From the NCBI GenBank assembly GCA_021809425.1, contig JAKBAA010000001.1, positions 26,693 to 90,692 on the forward strand: a stretch of DNA of 64,000 bases, in the 5' to 3' direction. This DNA is from Actinomycetes bacterium (GTDB lineage: Bacteria; Actinomycetota; Acidimicrobiia; Acidimicrobiales; Bog-793). Position 1 is the first letter of the stretch, and each line of letters starts with the position of its first letter. Position numbers and translations under genes: made by a program. Below are positions 1 to 8,815 of this stretch, piece by piece. Below the pieces are notes generated by a model. That model was not told the origin of the DNA. It saw only the letters and a list, made by a program, of their open reading frames with translations, and did no database searches.

Positions 1-154
1 CCGGTGGATCGCCGACGACCTCCCGGCCGGGGAGCCGCTCGGCGAGCGCATCCGGCGGTGCGCCGCCGAGCTGGGCGCCGTGACCGCCGGCCCGCTCGAC
101 CTCGCTCAGCCCGACTCGGCTGCCGCCACCGCCACCTCGACGGCATCCTCCTGA
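1..154 (+). CDS. 3' end of an unidentified gene (partial, enters from upstream of the window)
   Basis: Frame 2 is open from base 2 to TGA at 152-154, and nearly every codon ends in G/C (..WIADDLPAGEPLGERIRRCAAELGAVTAGPLDL..). It is absent from the ORF track because it has no start in the window. It overlaps the 3' end of the convergent MOSC gene. Confidence 0.3.
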   Translation, partial: RWIADDLPAGEPLGERIRRCAAELGAVTAGPLDLAQPDSAAATATSTASS

Positions 155-870
155 CCGAGCCAGCCGGGCCGGACGACCCGGGCGCGCACGCCCACCACGT
201 TGTCGTGGGCGGCCCGCACGTGGCGCAGCAGGTCCGGCTCGTGCACCAGCCCCCCCGGCTGCGGCCGGGTCGTCATGGCGCACCGGGTGCACCCCTTCAC
301 CACCTCGACGGTGGCGGTGCCGAGCTGCAGCCGCGACCCGACCGCCAGCCACCCGGCCGGGGCCTCGACGACGGCGTTCGGCCGGAACCTGCGGGCGTCC
401 CACTGCAGCTCCGGCCGCTCACCGGCCAGCCGGTCGAGGTCGCCGGTGGTCACCAGGTGGAGATGGCTCTCGTCCACGAACGAGCCGTCGATCCCCTCCC
501 ACCGCACCAACGTCGACGCGTCGTCCCAGGCGTCCTCGTGCGACTCGAACGTGCCCACCCCGTGGGACGCCGCCGCCACCACCCGCGCCGCCAAGCCGAG
601 CCACCGGGTGACGGCGTCGTCGAGGGCTGCCCCGGGCGGCCGCTCGACGCGGTCGCCCGGCACCCGGACGCGCACCTCCCCGTCGCGCCAGCACGCCTGT
701 CCCTCGAGCAGGCGCCCGTCCCGCTTGCCCGACAGGATGGTGCCGGCTGCCACGTCGAGCACGCCGAGGCTGCGGTCGCCGGCGACGCCGCCCGAGGTCA
801 GCTCGAGCGCCTCGCACCGCTCGCCTTGCAGCGACTTGACCGGGAATCGCCACAGTGCCACGGCGCGCAT
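106..870 (-). CDS. MOSC domain-containing protein (YcbX-like)
   Basis: 254-aa ORF. The N-terminus MRAVALWRFPVKSLQGE and the C-terminal GCTRCAMTT motif are typical of MOSC beta-barrel/MOSC proteins. Confidence 0.85.
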   Translation of the reverse strand: MRAVALWRFPVKSLQGERCEALELTSGGVAGDRSLGVLDVAAGTILSGKRDGRLLEGQACWRDGEVRVRVPGDRVERPPGAALDDAVTRWLGLAARVVAAASHGVGTFESHEDAWDDASTLVRWEGIDGSFVDESHLHLVTTGDLDRLAGERPELQWDARRFRPNAVVEAPAGWLAVGSRLQLGTATVEVVKGCTRCAMTTRPQPGGLVHEPDLLRHVRAAHDNVVGVRARVVRPGWLGQEDAVEVAVAAAESG

Positions 871-938
871 CGACGGACATTACCGTCGTAGGGACCCGGC
901 CAGGTGTCCGGCGTGGCCGCCAGCGAGGGAGTCCGACC

Positions 939-1322
939 ATGACCGATGCACGCCCCCGTCTCGAGCCGGGACCGGACCATCCGATCAGCATCGAGCACGC
1001 CACCGAGCAGGTGACCGTCCGCGTCGGCGACGCCGTCGTCGCCGAGAGCCGTCGCGCCCTCGTCCTTCGCGAAGCCTCGTACCCGCCCGTCTACTACCTC
1101 CCCGAGGACGACCTCCGCCCGGGCGTCGTCCGGCCGAACGGCCAGCGCACCTACTGCCCCTACAAGGGCGAGGCCGCCTACTACGACCTCCTCCCCGACG
1201 GTGCGCCGGCGCTCGAGGGGGCCGTCTGGTACTACCCGGCTCCCTACCCTCCCGTCGGGGCGATCGCCGGCCATGTCGCCTTCTATCCCGACCGGGTCGC
1301 CATCTCGGTCTCGCCTGCCTGA
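939..1322 (+). CDS. DUF427 domain-containing protein
   Basis: ORF 855..1322 trimmed to ATG 939, preceded by GAGGGA. The segments ASYPPVYYLPEDD, YCPYKGEAAYY and VWYYP are DUF427-like. Confidence 0.8.
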   Translation: MTDARPRLEPGPDHPISIEHATEQVTVRVGDAVVAESRRALVLREASYPPVYYLPEDDLRPGVVRPNGQRTYCPYKGEAAYYDLLPDGAPALEGAVWYYPAPYPPVGAIAGHVAFYPDRVAISVSPA

Positions 1323-1362
1323 CGGCCGGCGCCCTGCCAGCCGGCGCCCTGCCAGCCGGCGG

Positions 1363-1587
1363 TCAGTCCTTGGTGGCGACGAAGTTGGGGACGACGTTCA
1401 TCTTCGGCTCGTAGGCCGCCGGTCCCCTGGCCGCGTCGTCCCGGCCACGGCGCATCGTGGCGCCGAGCTGCTGGTAGCAGTCGGCGCACGGCCCGTAGAA
1501 GCGCTGGCGGGTGGGCCTGCCGCAGCGGGGGCAGGCGCACTCGATCTCCCCGCCGTCGGTGTGGCGGACGGCGGCGGCTCCGGTCAT
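1363..1587 (-). CDS. small zinc-ribbon protein (hypothetical)
   Basis: 74-aa ORF with CxCxxC (CACPRC) and CxxC (CADC) pairs. The composition is protein-like. Convergent with the DUF427 gene. Confidence 0.5.
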   Translation of the reverse strand: MTGAAAVRHTDGGEIECACPRCGRPTRQRFYGPCADCYQQLGATMRRGRDDAARGPAAYEPKMNVVPNFVATKD

Positions 1588-1773
1588 GGGGCGACCCTAC
1601 CGGCCCGGCGGGCACCCGGGCGAGCCGCTGCCGGGCGGCGACCTCCGGGTGGGAGCGGCCGGCGGCGGTCAGGGGAACGACCGGTTGGCGACCCCCGCCG
1701 GAACGGCGGCCAGGCGAGACTGAGCGCCGTCTGCGGCGGCCGTCGGTGCCGCGCCCGAGCGCGAAGGAGCTGC

Positions 1774-2424
1774 ATGCCCACCCCTGTCCACCTTCCCGGC
1801 ATCTTCGGGGCGCTGGCGCCGCTGCTGTCCCACTACGGCTACCTCGCGGTCGGCGGGTTCGTGCTCCTCGAGGACTTCGGCGTGCCGCTGCCCGGCGAGA
1901 CCGTGCTGGTCGCCGGCGCCCTGTACGCCGGGGCGGGGCGCCTCAACGTGGTGGTGGTGGCGATCGTGGCCTTCGTCGCCGCCGTCGCCGGCGACAACAT
2001 CGGCTACCTGATCGGCCGCTACGCCGGGCATGCCGCCGTGGTGCGGTGGGGACGGCACGTGCTCCTCACGGAGGCCCGGCTGGAGCGGGCCGAGGCCTTC
2101 TTCCAGCGCCGCGGCGGCCGGATCGTGACCGTCGCCCGGTTCGTGGACGGGCTGCGCCAGGTCAACGGGATCGTCGCCGGCATCGTGGAGCTCGGCTGGC
2201 TGCGCTTCCTTTCCTTCAATGCCCTCGGAGCGGCCCTTTGGGTGGGCTGCTGGGTCGCCGTCGGGTCGCTCGCCGGCGACCACATCACGACGATCTACCA
2301 CTGGCTGACCCGGGCGGGCGTCTACGTGCTCATCGCCCTGGCCGTCACCGTGGCGGCCGTCGTCGTCCGCCGGTTGTCCCGCCGGGCCGCCGACCGCCAG
2401 CCCGATCCGGCGCCACGGCCGTGA
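1774..2424 (+). CDS. DedA family membrane protein
   Basis: ORF 1201..2424 trimmed to ATG 1774, preceded by GAAGGAG. The segments LLEDFGVPLPGE, DNIGYLIGRY and ARFVDGLRQ are typical of DedA/SNARE-associated proteins. Confidence 0.85.
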   Translation: MPTPVHLPGIFGALAPLLSHYGYLAVGGFVLLEDFGVPLPGETVLVAGALYAGAGRLNVVVVAIVAFVAAVAGDNIGYLIGRYAGHAAVVRWGRHVLLTEARLERAEAFFQRRGGRIVTVARFVDGLRQVNGIVAGIVELGWLRFLSFNALGAALWVGCWVAVGSLAGDHITTIYHWLTRAGVYVLIALAVTVAAVVVRRLSRRAADRQPDPAPRP

Positions 2425-2903
2425 CCGACCCGGCTGGGCGGCGGTGGGCGTCCTACCGCAGCGCCGTCGTCGACCTGTTCCCCCCGGGCGCACGGCCGCT
2501 GCGCGTCCACCAGCGCCCGGGACCCCCCGGCGTGTTCCCGGCCGGGCTGGAGGAGCCGGCGTTCGTGCTGACGGCGTGCAACCCGGGCAGTGCCCCGCTC
2601 GGTGACGCCGCCAACCGGGCCCGCCAGGCCGAGCTCGCCGCTGCGCTGGCCGCTGCCTCGTGCAGGTGGTGGCCGGCCGTCGGCTGGGACCTGTCGTCGG
2701 ACCACCGGGAGGACAGCGTGCTGGTGGTCGGGCTCGCCGAGGACGAGGCGGTCGCCCTCGGGCGGCGGTTCGGCCAGGAGGCGCTGTACGGGTGGACCCG
2801 ACGCTCGTGGTCGGTCGTGTCGTGCGTCGACGACCGCCGTGACGAGTCCGGCTGGTCGCTCAGCGAGCCCGAGGACGCGGTGGCGCGACCCTTGCCTTTG
2901 TAG
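2421..2903 (+). CDS. DUF3293 domain-containing protein
   Basis: GTG 2421 overlaps the DedA stop (GTGA). The segments FVLTACNPGS...N..R and EDSVLVVGL...A..LGRRFGQEA resemble DUF3293. Confidence 0.6.
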   Translation: MTDPAGRRWASYRSAVVDLFPPGARPLRVHQRPGPPGVFPAGLEEPAFVLTACNPGSAPLGDAANRARQAELAAALAAASCRWWPAVGWDLSSDHREDSVLVVGLAEDEAVALGRRFGQEALYGWTRRSWSVVSCVDDRRDESGWSLSEPEDAVARPLPL

Positions 2904-3034
2904 GACGGCCCGCTTACGCTGACCCGAACGGCCGATCCGTTCCCACGGCGTGTCATCGGCACGGCAGGGGCGGTCGGCTGGGGGGAGCGGTGCGGGGGGC
3001 ACCGCCGGTGCGACATGGTCGCAAGGGGGGAACA

Positions 3035-4708
3035 ATGGGTCACGTTCGGGACCTGTCGGACCGCGTCCGCCGCGCCTGGCGGCCGGCTGGCACCGGCGAG
3101 CGGCCACGGCGACGCCTGGCCGTCGTCGCGGCGGCCGTCGGGGTGGCGTCGCTCGCCACCACCACCGCTGTCGTGCTGCCGGCGTCGGCCACGCTGCGCA
3201 GCCATCGCGTCCATCCGGCCCGGTCCGCCCGGGTGCACTCGGGCGGGACGCTCACCGTGCTCGAGAACACCGCCTACATCGGCGACTGGACGCCCGGGTT
3301 CGACCCGGCGACGAGCACCGACGCGCTGGCCATCGGCTCGGTGATGGACGCCATCTACGGCGAGCTGTTCGAGGTGGGGACGAACAACCAGGGCATCAAC
3401 GACCTGGCCTCGGGCTACGCCTTCAGCAACGGCAACCGGACGCTCACGATCCAGATCCGCAAGGGCGTCACCTTCACCGACGGGACGCCGTTCGACGCCG
3501 CTGCGGTCGTGTTCAACATCAAGCGGGACCTGGCCGCCCACTCGGAGTCGAACCCGGCCTGGCCGCCGCTCACCTCGATCGCCGCCACCGGGCCGGACAC
3601 GGTCGTCCTCAACTTCTCGGCACCCGACGGCGCGGCGGTCAACCAGTTCCAGGACACGAACGAGAACTGGATCGTGTCGCCGACCGCTCTCAAGAAGGAA
3701 GGCGAGACCAAGTTCCGCGCCTACCCGGTCGGGGCGGGGCCGTTCATCATGGTGAGCGACGAGCCGACGACCAAGCTGGTGCTCAAGAAGAACCCGCACT
3801 ACTGGCAGCCCGGTCACCCGTACCTGAACGGGCTCATCTTCCACACGGTGGCCAACGACGAGACGGCCCTCGAGGTGATGCGGTCGGGCGGTGCGCAGGC
3901 GTACAACTACATGGACACCCCCCAGCTCGTCTCCGGGTTCCGCCAGGCCGGCCTGCAGCTGACGACAGACCCGGCCGTGTTCGGCACGGACGTGCAGATG
4001 AACGCCGAGATCCCGCCGTTCAACAACCTGAAGGCCCGCGAGGCCATCTACTACGCCACCGACGCGGCGGCGATCGACAAGGCGGTCTACAACGGGACCT
4101 GCCCGCTCACCGAGTCGTTCACCGGCCCGGGCGGCCTGTTCTACAACCCGAAGGTTCCCGGGTACCGCAACTACGACCTCGCCAAGGCCAAGGCGCTCGT
4201 CAAGCAGATCGGCGGGCTGAGCTTCACGATGTACTACTTCGAGCTCGGCAACGTGAACCAGTCGGAGGCCGAGGCCCTGCAGACGATGTACCAGCAGGCC
4301 GGCATGCAGGTGACCATCAAGGGTGATCCCGACATCGCCTCGCTCGTCGCCACCTACAACACCCACAAGTGGACGATCATCCCGGCGGCCATCGGCGCCT
4401 GGGACCCGGCCACGGCCACCGGGGTCGCCTTCCGGCTGCTCTCGACCGGGCCGTTCACCGGCATCGCCGACAAGTCGGTCGACAAGTACATCAACGCCGG
4501 GGTCGCCACCTCCAACCCGGCGGCCCGCGCCAAGGCGTACGCCAGCTTGGCCAGCGTGCTCAACCAGAAGGCCTACACGCCGTTCATCTGCGCCCCGGAG
4601 AGCTGGGACGTCGTGAAGCCGGGCGTCCAGGGGCCGGGGCTCACCTCGGTGACGGCGGCGTTCGGCGAGGGGCCGCTCACCCTGTGGGAGGACGTCTCGA
4701 TGAAGTAG
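3035..4708 (+). CDS. ABC transporter substrate-binding protein, family 5 (peptide/nickel type)
   Basis: ATG 3035 follows GGGGGGAA. The N-terminal RRRLAVVAAAVGVASLA..ASA looks like a signal peptide. The mature part (GGTLTVLE.., KKNPHYWQPGHPYLNGL) matches DppA/OppA-like SBPs. Confidence 0.85.
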   Translation: MGHVRDLSDRVRRAWRPAGTGERPRRRLAVVAAAVGVASLATTTAVVLPASATLRSHRVHPARSARVHSGGTLTVLENTAYIGDWTPGFDPATSTDALAIGSVMDAIYGELFEVGTNNQGINDLASGYAFSNGNRTLTIQIRKGVTFTDGTPFDAAAVVFNIKRDLAAHSESNPAWPPLTSIAATGPDTVVLNFSAPDGAAVNQFQDTNENWIVSPTALKKEGETKFRAYPVGAGPFIMVSDEPTTKLVLKKNPHYWQPGHPYLNGLIFHTVANDETALEVMRSGGAQAYNYMDTPQLVSGFRQAGLQLTTDPAVFGTDVQMNAEIPPFNNLKAREAIYYATDAAAIDKAVYNGTCPLTESFTGPGGLFYNPKVPGYRNYDLAKAKALVKQIGGLSFTMYYFELGNVNQSEAEALQTMYQQAGMQVTIKGDPDIASLVATYNTHKWTIIPAAIGAWDPATATGVAFRLLSTGPFTGIADKSVDKYINAGVATSNPAARAKAYASLASVLNQKAYTPFICAPESWDVVKPGVQGPGLTSVTAAFGEGPLTLWEDVSMK

Positions 4709-4789
4709 CCGCCTGCTCCGCCCCGTCCGGGCTCTGGCGCCGCCCCTGTGCAAGGGTAGGCGCCGGAGCCGGGCACGGGAGGACGACGG

Positions 4790-5728
4790 GTGAGTGGACA
4801 GCGGTCGGATCGGCGTCGCGTCGGCTGGATCGGGCTCGGGGTGATGGGGGCGCCGATGTGTGGGCACGTGGTCGCCGCCGGCCACGACGTGGTCGTCCAC
4901 ACACGCACGGCGGCAACGGCACAGCCGCTCCTCGACGTGGGCGCACGCTGGGCGGCCACCCCGGCCGAGGCGGCTGCCGGGGCGGACGTGGTGTTCACCA
5001 TGGTGGGCTACCCCGACGACGTCCGCCAGGTGGTGGCCGGTGACGAGGGCGTCCTGTCGACGGTGCCCGGCGGGGCGGTCGTGGTCGACCTGACCACCAG
5101 CCGGCCGTCGCTCGCCGGCGAGCTCGCCGAGCTGGCGTCCGTCCGGGGGGTCGGCATGCTCGACGCCCCGGTGTCGGGCGGCGACGTCGGGGCCCGGGAG
5201 GGCAGGCTCGTGGTGATGGTCGGCGGGGAGGCCGCCCACCTGGCGGCGGTGCGCCCGCTGCTCGACACCTTCGCCCGGTCGGTCACCCACTTCGGGCCGG
5301 CCGGCGCCGGGCAGCACGCCAAGATGGCCAACCAGACGGCCATCGCCTCCACGATGGTCGGGGTGTGCGAGTCGCTCTGCTACGCCGCCGCCGCCGGGCT
5401 CGACCTGGCCGAGCTGATCGGTTGCATCGGCGGGGGGGCGGCCGGGTCGTGGTCGCTCGAGAATTACGGGCCGCGCATCCTGCGCGACGACCTGGCGCCG
5501 GGGTTCAAGGTCGACCACTTCGTGAAGGACCTCGGGATCGCCCTCGAGGAGGCCACCCGCCTCCGCCTCGCCCTCCCCGGGCTGGCGCTCGCCAAGGAGC
5601 TGTACGTGGCCGTCAGCGCCGCCGGTCTCGGGGCCCAGGGGACCCAGGCGCTGGTCACCGCCGTCCAGCGCCTGTCCGGACGGCCCGCCAGCCTTGCCAG
5701 CGGCGGTGGGGCCGCCGGCGGGGAATAG
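4790..5728 (+). CDS. NAD(P)-dependent beta-hydroxyacid dehydrogenase (3-hydroxyisobutyrate dehydrogenase family)
   Basis: Rossmann motif GWIGLGVMG, then DAPVSGG and GAGQHAKMANQ, which are typical of the MmsB/GarR family. Confidence 0.85.
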   Translation: MSGQRSDRRRVGWIGLGVMGAPMCGHVVAAGHDVVVHTRTAATAQPLLDVGARWAATPAEAAAGADVVFTMVGYPDDVRQVVAGDEGVLSTVPGGAVVVDLTTSRPSLAGELAELASVRGVGMLDAPVSGGDVGAREGRLVVMVGGEAAHLAAVRPLLDTFARSVTHFGPAGAGQHAKMANQTAIASTMVGVCESLCYAAAAGLDLAELIGCIGGGAAGSWSLENYGPRILRDDLAPGFKVDHFVKDLGIALEEATRLRLALPGLALAKELYVAVSAAGLGAQGTQALVTAVQRLSGRPASLASGGGAAGGE

Positions 5729-5771
5729 CAGGGCGGCGCCCCCCGTTGGCTACGGGGTGGCGGCACGCCGG

Positions 5772-6182
5772 CTAGCCGGCGAGGAAGCGGTCGAAGGCCC
5801 CCTGGTCCTCCGGGAACAAGTGGATCTCGGCGATCCGGTCGTCCGGGTCGAAGCTGAGGAGGTAGAGGTGGCGACCCTGGTAGACGTGCCCGGGACGCTG
5901 GGCGTGGACGACGAGGAGGGCGGCGACGTGCTGGTCGCCCTCCATGACGTCCTCCCACTTGAGCGCCTCGATGGTGTCGGACACGGTGGCGACGAGCCGG
6001 AGCAGGTGGCCCGCGACCTGGTCGCGTCCGCGGAAGTCACCGGCGAGGTCGCTTCGCCCGGGCACCACCACGCGGACCCCCGGGCTGAGGGAGCCCATGG
6101 CCGAGGTGGCGTCGCCGCGGCTGAGGTGATGGAGGAGCTGGCGGGCCGCCGCCAGCCGGGGCGGGCGTTCGTCATGCACCAC
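5772..6182 (-). CDS. NTF2-like (SnoaL-like) domain protein
   Basis: 136-aa ORF with NTF2-fold-like composition. Divergent from the pirin gene. Confidence 0.55.
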   Translation of the reverse strand: MVHDERPPRLAAARQLLHHLSRGDATSAMGSLSPGVRVVVPGRSDLAGDFRGRDQVAGHLLRLVATVSDTIEALKWEDVMEGDQHVAALLVVHAQRPGHVYQGRHLYLLSFDPDDRIAEIHLFPEDQGAFDRFLAG

Positions 6183-6226
6183 CCTTCGATGCTAGTGGCG
6201 CCGGTCGACGGCGCAAGGAGGATCCG

Positions 6227-7228
6227 ATGCCCGCAGTGACCGTGGACGACCTGCTCGTCCTGCCGAAGGTGCCCGAGCCCGACCCTGCCGTTGCCCGAGA
6301 CCGGCCGGTGGTGTCGGTGACGTCCGCCCCGAGCGGGCTGGAGGGGGAGGGGTTCCCGGTGTACCGGGCGTTCGCCGGCGTCAGCACGGCGACGCTGGAC
6401 CCGTTCATCCACATGGACCAGATGGGCGAGGTCGAGTACGCCCCGGGCGAGCCCAAGGGGACGCCGTGGCATCCCCACCGCGGCTTCGAGACGGTCACCT
6501 ACATCATCGACGGCATCTTCGACCACCAGGACTCGAACGGCGGGGGTGGCCGGATCACCAACGGGGACACCCAGTGGATGACGGCCGGGGCGGGCATCTT
6601 GCACATCGAGGCGCCCCCGGAGTTCCTGGTGGCGAGCGGCGGGCTGTTCCACGGCATCCAGCTGTGGGTCAACCTGCCGGCCGCCAGCAAGTTCCACCCG
6701 CCGCGCTACCAGGACCTGCGGGCGAGCGAGTCGTCGCTGCTGTCGAGCCCGGACGGTGGGGCGCTCGTCCGGGTGATCGCCGGCGAGCTGGCCGGCCACG
6801 AGGGGCCGGGCGTGACGTTCACGCCGATCACGCTGCTGCACGCCACCGTGAGCCCCGGTGCCGAGCTGGCCGTCCCGTGGCGGTCCGACTTCAACGCGCT
6901 CGTGTACGTCCTCTCCGGCCACGGCACCGCCGGGGCCGAGCGCCGCCCGATCGCCAGCCACGAGCTGGCCGTGTTCGGCGCCGGGGACACCTTGCGGGTG
7001 GCTGCCGACCGCCGGCAGGAGGCGCGGCACCCGGCCCTCGACGTGCTCGTCCTCGGCGGCCGCCCGATCCGCGAGCCGGTCGTCCACTACGGCCCGTTCG
7101 TGATGAACCGGCGCGACGAGATCATCCAGGCGATGGAGGACTACCAGGCCGGGCGGCTCGGCGTGGTGCCGGCCTCGGACCTGCCCCATCGACAGCCGGG
7201 CGACGTGGACCCTGGCGGACCGTCCTAG
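6227..7228 (+). CDS. pirin family protein
   Basis: AAGGAGG lies upstream of ATG 6227. The segments HPHRGFETVTYIIDG and QLWVNLP are the pirin cupin signature. Confidence 0.9.
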   Translation: MPAVTVDDLLVLPKVPEPDPAVARDRPVVSVTSAPSGLEGEGFPVYRAFAGVSTATLDPFIHMDQMGEVEYAPGEPKGTPWHPHRGFETVTYIIDGIFDHQDSNGGGGRITNGDTQWMTAGAGILHIEAPPEFLVASGGLFHGIQLWVNLPAASKFHPPRYQDLRASESSLLSSPDGGALVRVIAGELAGHEGPGVTFTPITLLHATVSPGAELAVPWRSDFNALVYVLSGHGTAGAERRPIASHELAVFGAGDTLRVAADRRQEARHPALDVLVLGGRPIREPVVHYGPFVMNRRDEIIQAMEDYQAGRLGVVPASDLPHRQPGDVDPGGPS

Positions 7229-7336
7229 CCCACCCCGGGCCGCCGGAGCGGGCGCGGCGGGGTCAACGGCCGACCCCACGCCGACCTGCCGAGCGGTGCG
7301 TCCGGCCAGCGCCGCACGGGCGGGTCCGCTGGCGCG

Positions 7337-7888
7337 CTAGCCGGGCAGGGGGAACTCGGCGAGCAGCGCCTGGTGCTCGGGCTCGAGGTCGACCTCGAGG
7401 GCGGCGAGCATGCGGACGACGGCGTTGTAGAAGGCGATCGTGACCACGAGCTCCACGAGCTGGCGCTCGTCGAGCTCGTCGGCCAGCGCCGTCCACGTCG
7501 TCGGGGTGATCGTCCCCTCGACGGTCAGCTCGGCGGCGGCGGCCAGCCCGGCCTGCTCGAGGGCCGACAGGCCGGACCGCTCGGGGCCGCCCGGGTCGGT
7601 GACGGCGCGGACGTCCGCGGGGAGGAGGCCGTGGGCCATGCCGATGCGGACGTGATGGGAGAACTCGTACGGGCTGCGCGCCGAGGCCCCCACCTGGAGG
7701 ATGGCCAGCTCGCGCAGCCGGGAGGGGAGCGACTGGGCCTCGCGGATCCACATGCCGAGGCCGTGCAGGTGGACCATGGCATCGGGAGCGTTGGCCAGCG
7801 CCTCGAACAGGTTGACCCGGTAGCCGGCGAGCACCGAGCGGGCGGGCTCGGGAAGGTCGTCGGGCTGGACGTACGGGAGGCGTGCCAT
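7337..7888 (-). CDS. carboxymuconolactone decarboxylase (AhpD-like) family protein
   Basis: C-terminal 183 aa of the artefactual ORF 7337..11812. ATG 7888 gives MARLPYVQPDDLPE, followed by SARSPYEFSHHVRIG, which is typical of CMD-family proteins. Confidence 0.8.
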   Translation of the reverse strand: MARLPYVQPDDLPEPARSVLAGYRVNLFEALANAPDAMVHLHGLGMWIREAQSLPSRLRELAILQVGASARSPYEFSHHVRIGMAHGLLPADVRAVTDPGGPERSGLSALEQAGLAAAAELTVEGTITPTTWTALADELDERQLVELVVTIAFYNAVVRMLAALEVDLEPEHQALLAEFPLPG

Positions 7889-7993
7889 CGACCGGCATGG
7901 TACGGCCCGGACCGACCCGCCGTCCGGTGGGGCGCTCCGGGCTCGTGGGGCGAGCGGTAGGGTGCGCGCCGGGGACAGGGAGGGAGGCGGGCG

Positions 7994-8743
7994 ATGCTGT
8001 CGGCGGAGGAGAACGACCGGCTCTGCCGGGTGGGGCCGGGGTCGCCGGTCGGGGAGGCGCTCCGGCGGTACTGGGTGCCGGCGTTCCAGCTCGGCGACCT
8101 GCCCGAGCCGGACGCCCCGCCGATCCACGTGCGGGTGCTCGGCCAGGACTTCGTGGCGGTGCGCGACACGTCCGGCCGGTACGGGCTGCTCGACGAGCTC
8201 TGCTGCCACCGCAACGCCTCCCTCGTGTACGGCCGGGCCGAGGACGGCGGGCTGCGCTGCCTGTACCACGGCTGGAAGTACGACCTCGACGGTCGGATCC
8301 TGGAGATGCCCAACTGCGCCGACGACCGGCTGCGGGCCCGGTTCCGCCAGGGTGACGGCTGGACCAACGACCCGACCGAGACCCGCCGCTACCGGCTGCC
8401 GGCCCAGGACCGCCGGGCGATGGCCGTCAGGGCGAGCTACGCCGGGTTCCGTGGCGGCAACCGCCCCCAGGACGCCGCCGTCCAGGGCGTCAACGGTCGG
8501 ACCAGCCGGTTCTCGCGGGCCAACGAGAACCTGGTCCCTGCCGATGCCGCCGTCATCCGGTTCCGCCGCCTCCTCCTCGAGGCGGCCCGGGCCGTCGAGC
8601 ACGGTGGCGAGCCGCCGGCGCGCGGCGAGGGCTTCGACTTCTCCGGCGTGCGGGCAGCCGCCGAGGTGGTCGACGACCGGGCCCCCTGGCAGGATCTCGT
8701 CCCGGGCAACGCCGGCCGGACGGCCACCGCCACCGCCCCCTGA
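7994..8743 (+). CDS. Rieske [2Fe-2S] domain protein, apparently lacking the catalytic core (possible decayed oxygenase)
   Basis: Rieske ligands are present: CCHRNASL and CLYHGWKY. The C-terminal tail is oxygenase-like (ADAAVIRFRRLLLEAA). At 249 aa it has no mononuclear-iron domain. Confidence 0.7.
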   Translation: MLSAEENDRLCRVGPGSPVGEALRRYWVPAFQLGDLPEPDAPPIHVRVLGQDFVAVRDTSGRYGLLDELCCHRNASLVYGRAEDGGLRCLYHGWKYDLDGRILEMPNCADDRLRARFRQGDGWTNDPTETRRYRLPAQDRRAMAVRASYAGFRGGNRPQDAAVQGVNGRTSRFSRANENLVPADAAVIRFRRLLLEAARAVEHGGEPPARGEGFDFSGVRAAAEVVDDRAPWQDLVPGNAGRTATATAP

Positions 8744-8815
8744 CCCGGACCGGCGGCGCCGCCCGCCGGGTGGCATCGTGGGAACGCCACCAGAGCCGCC
8801 CCGAAGGGAGCACCG

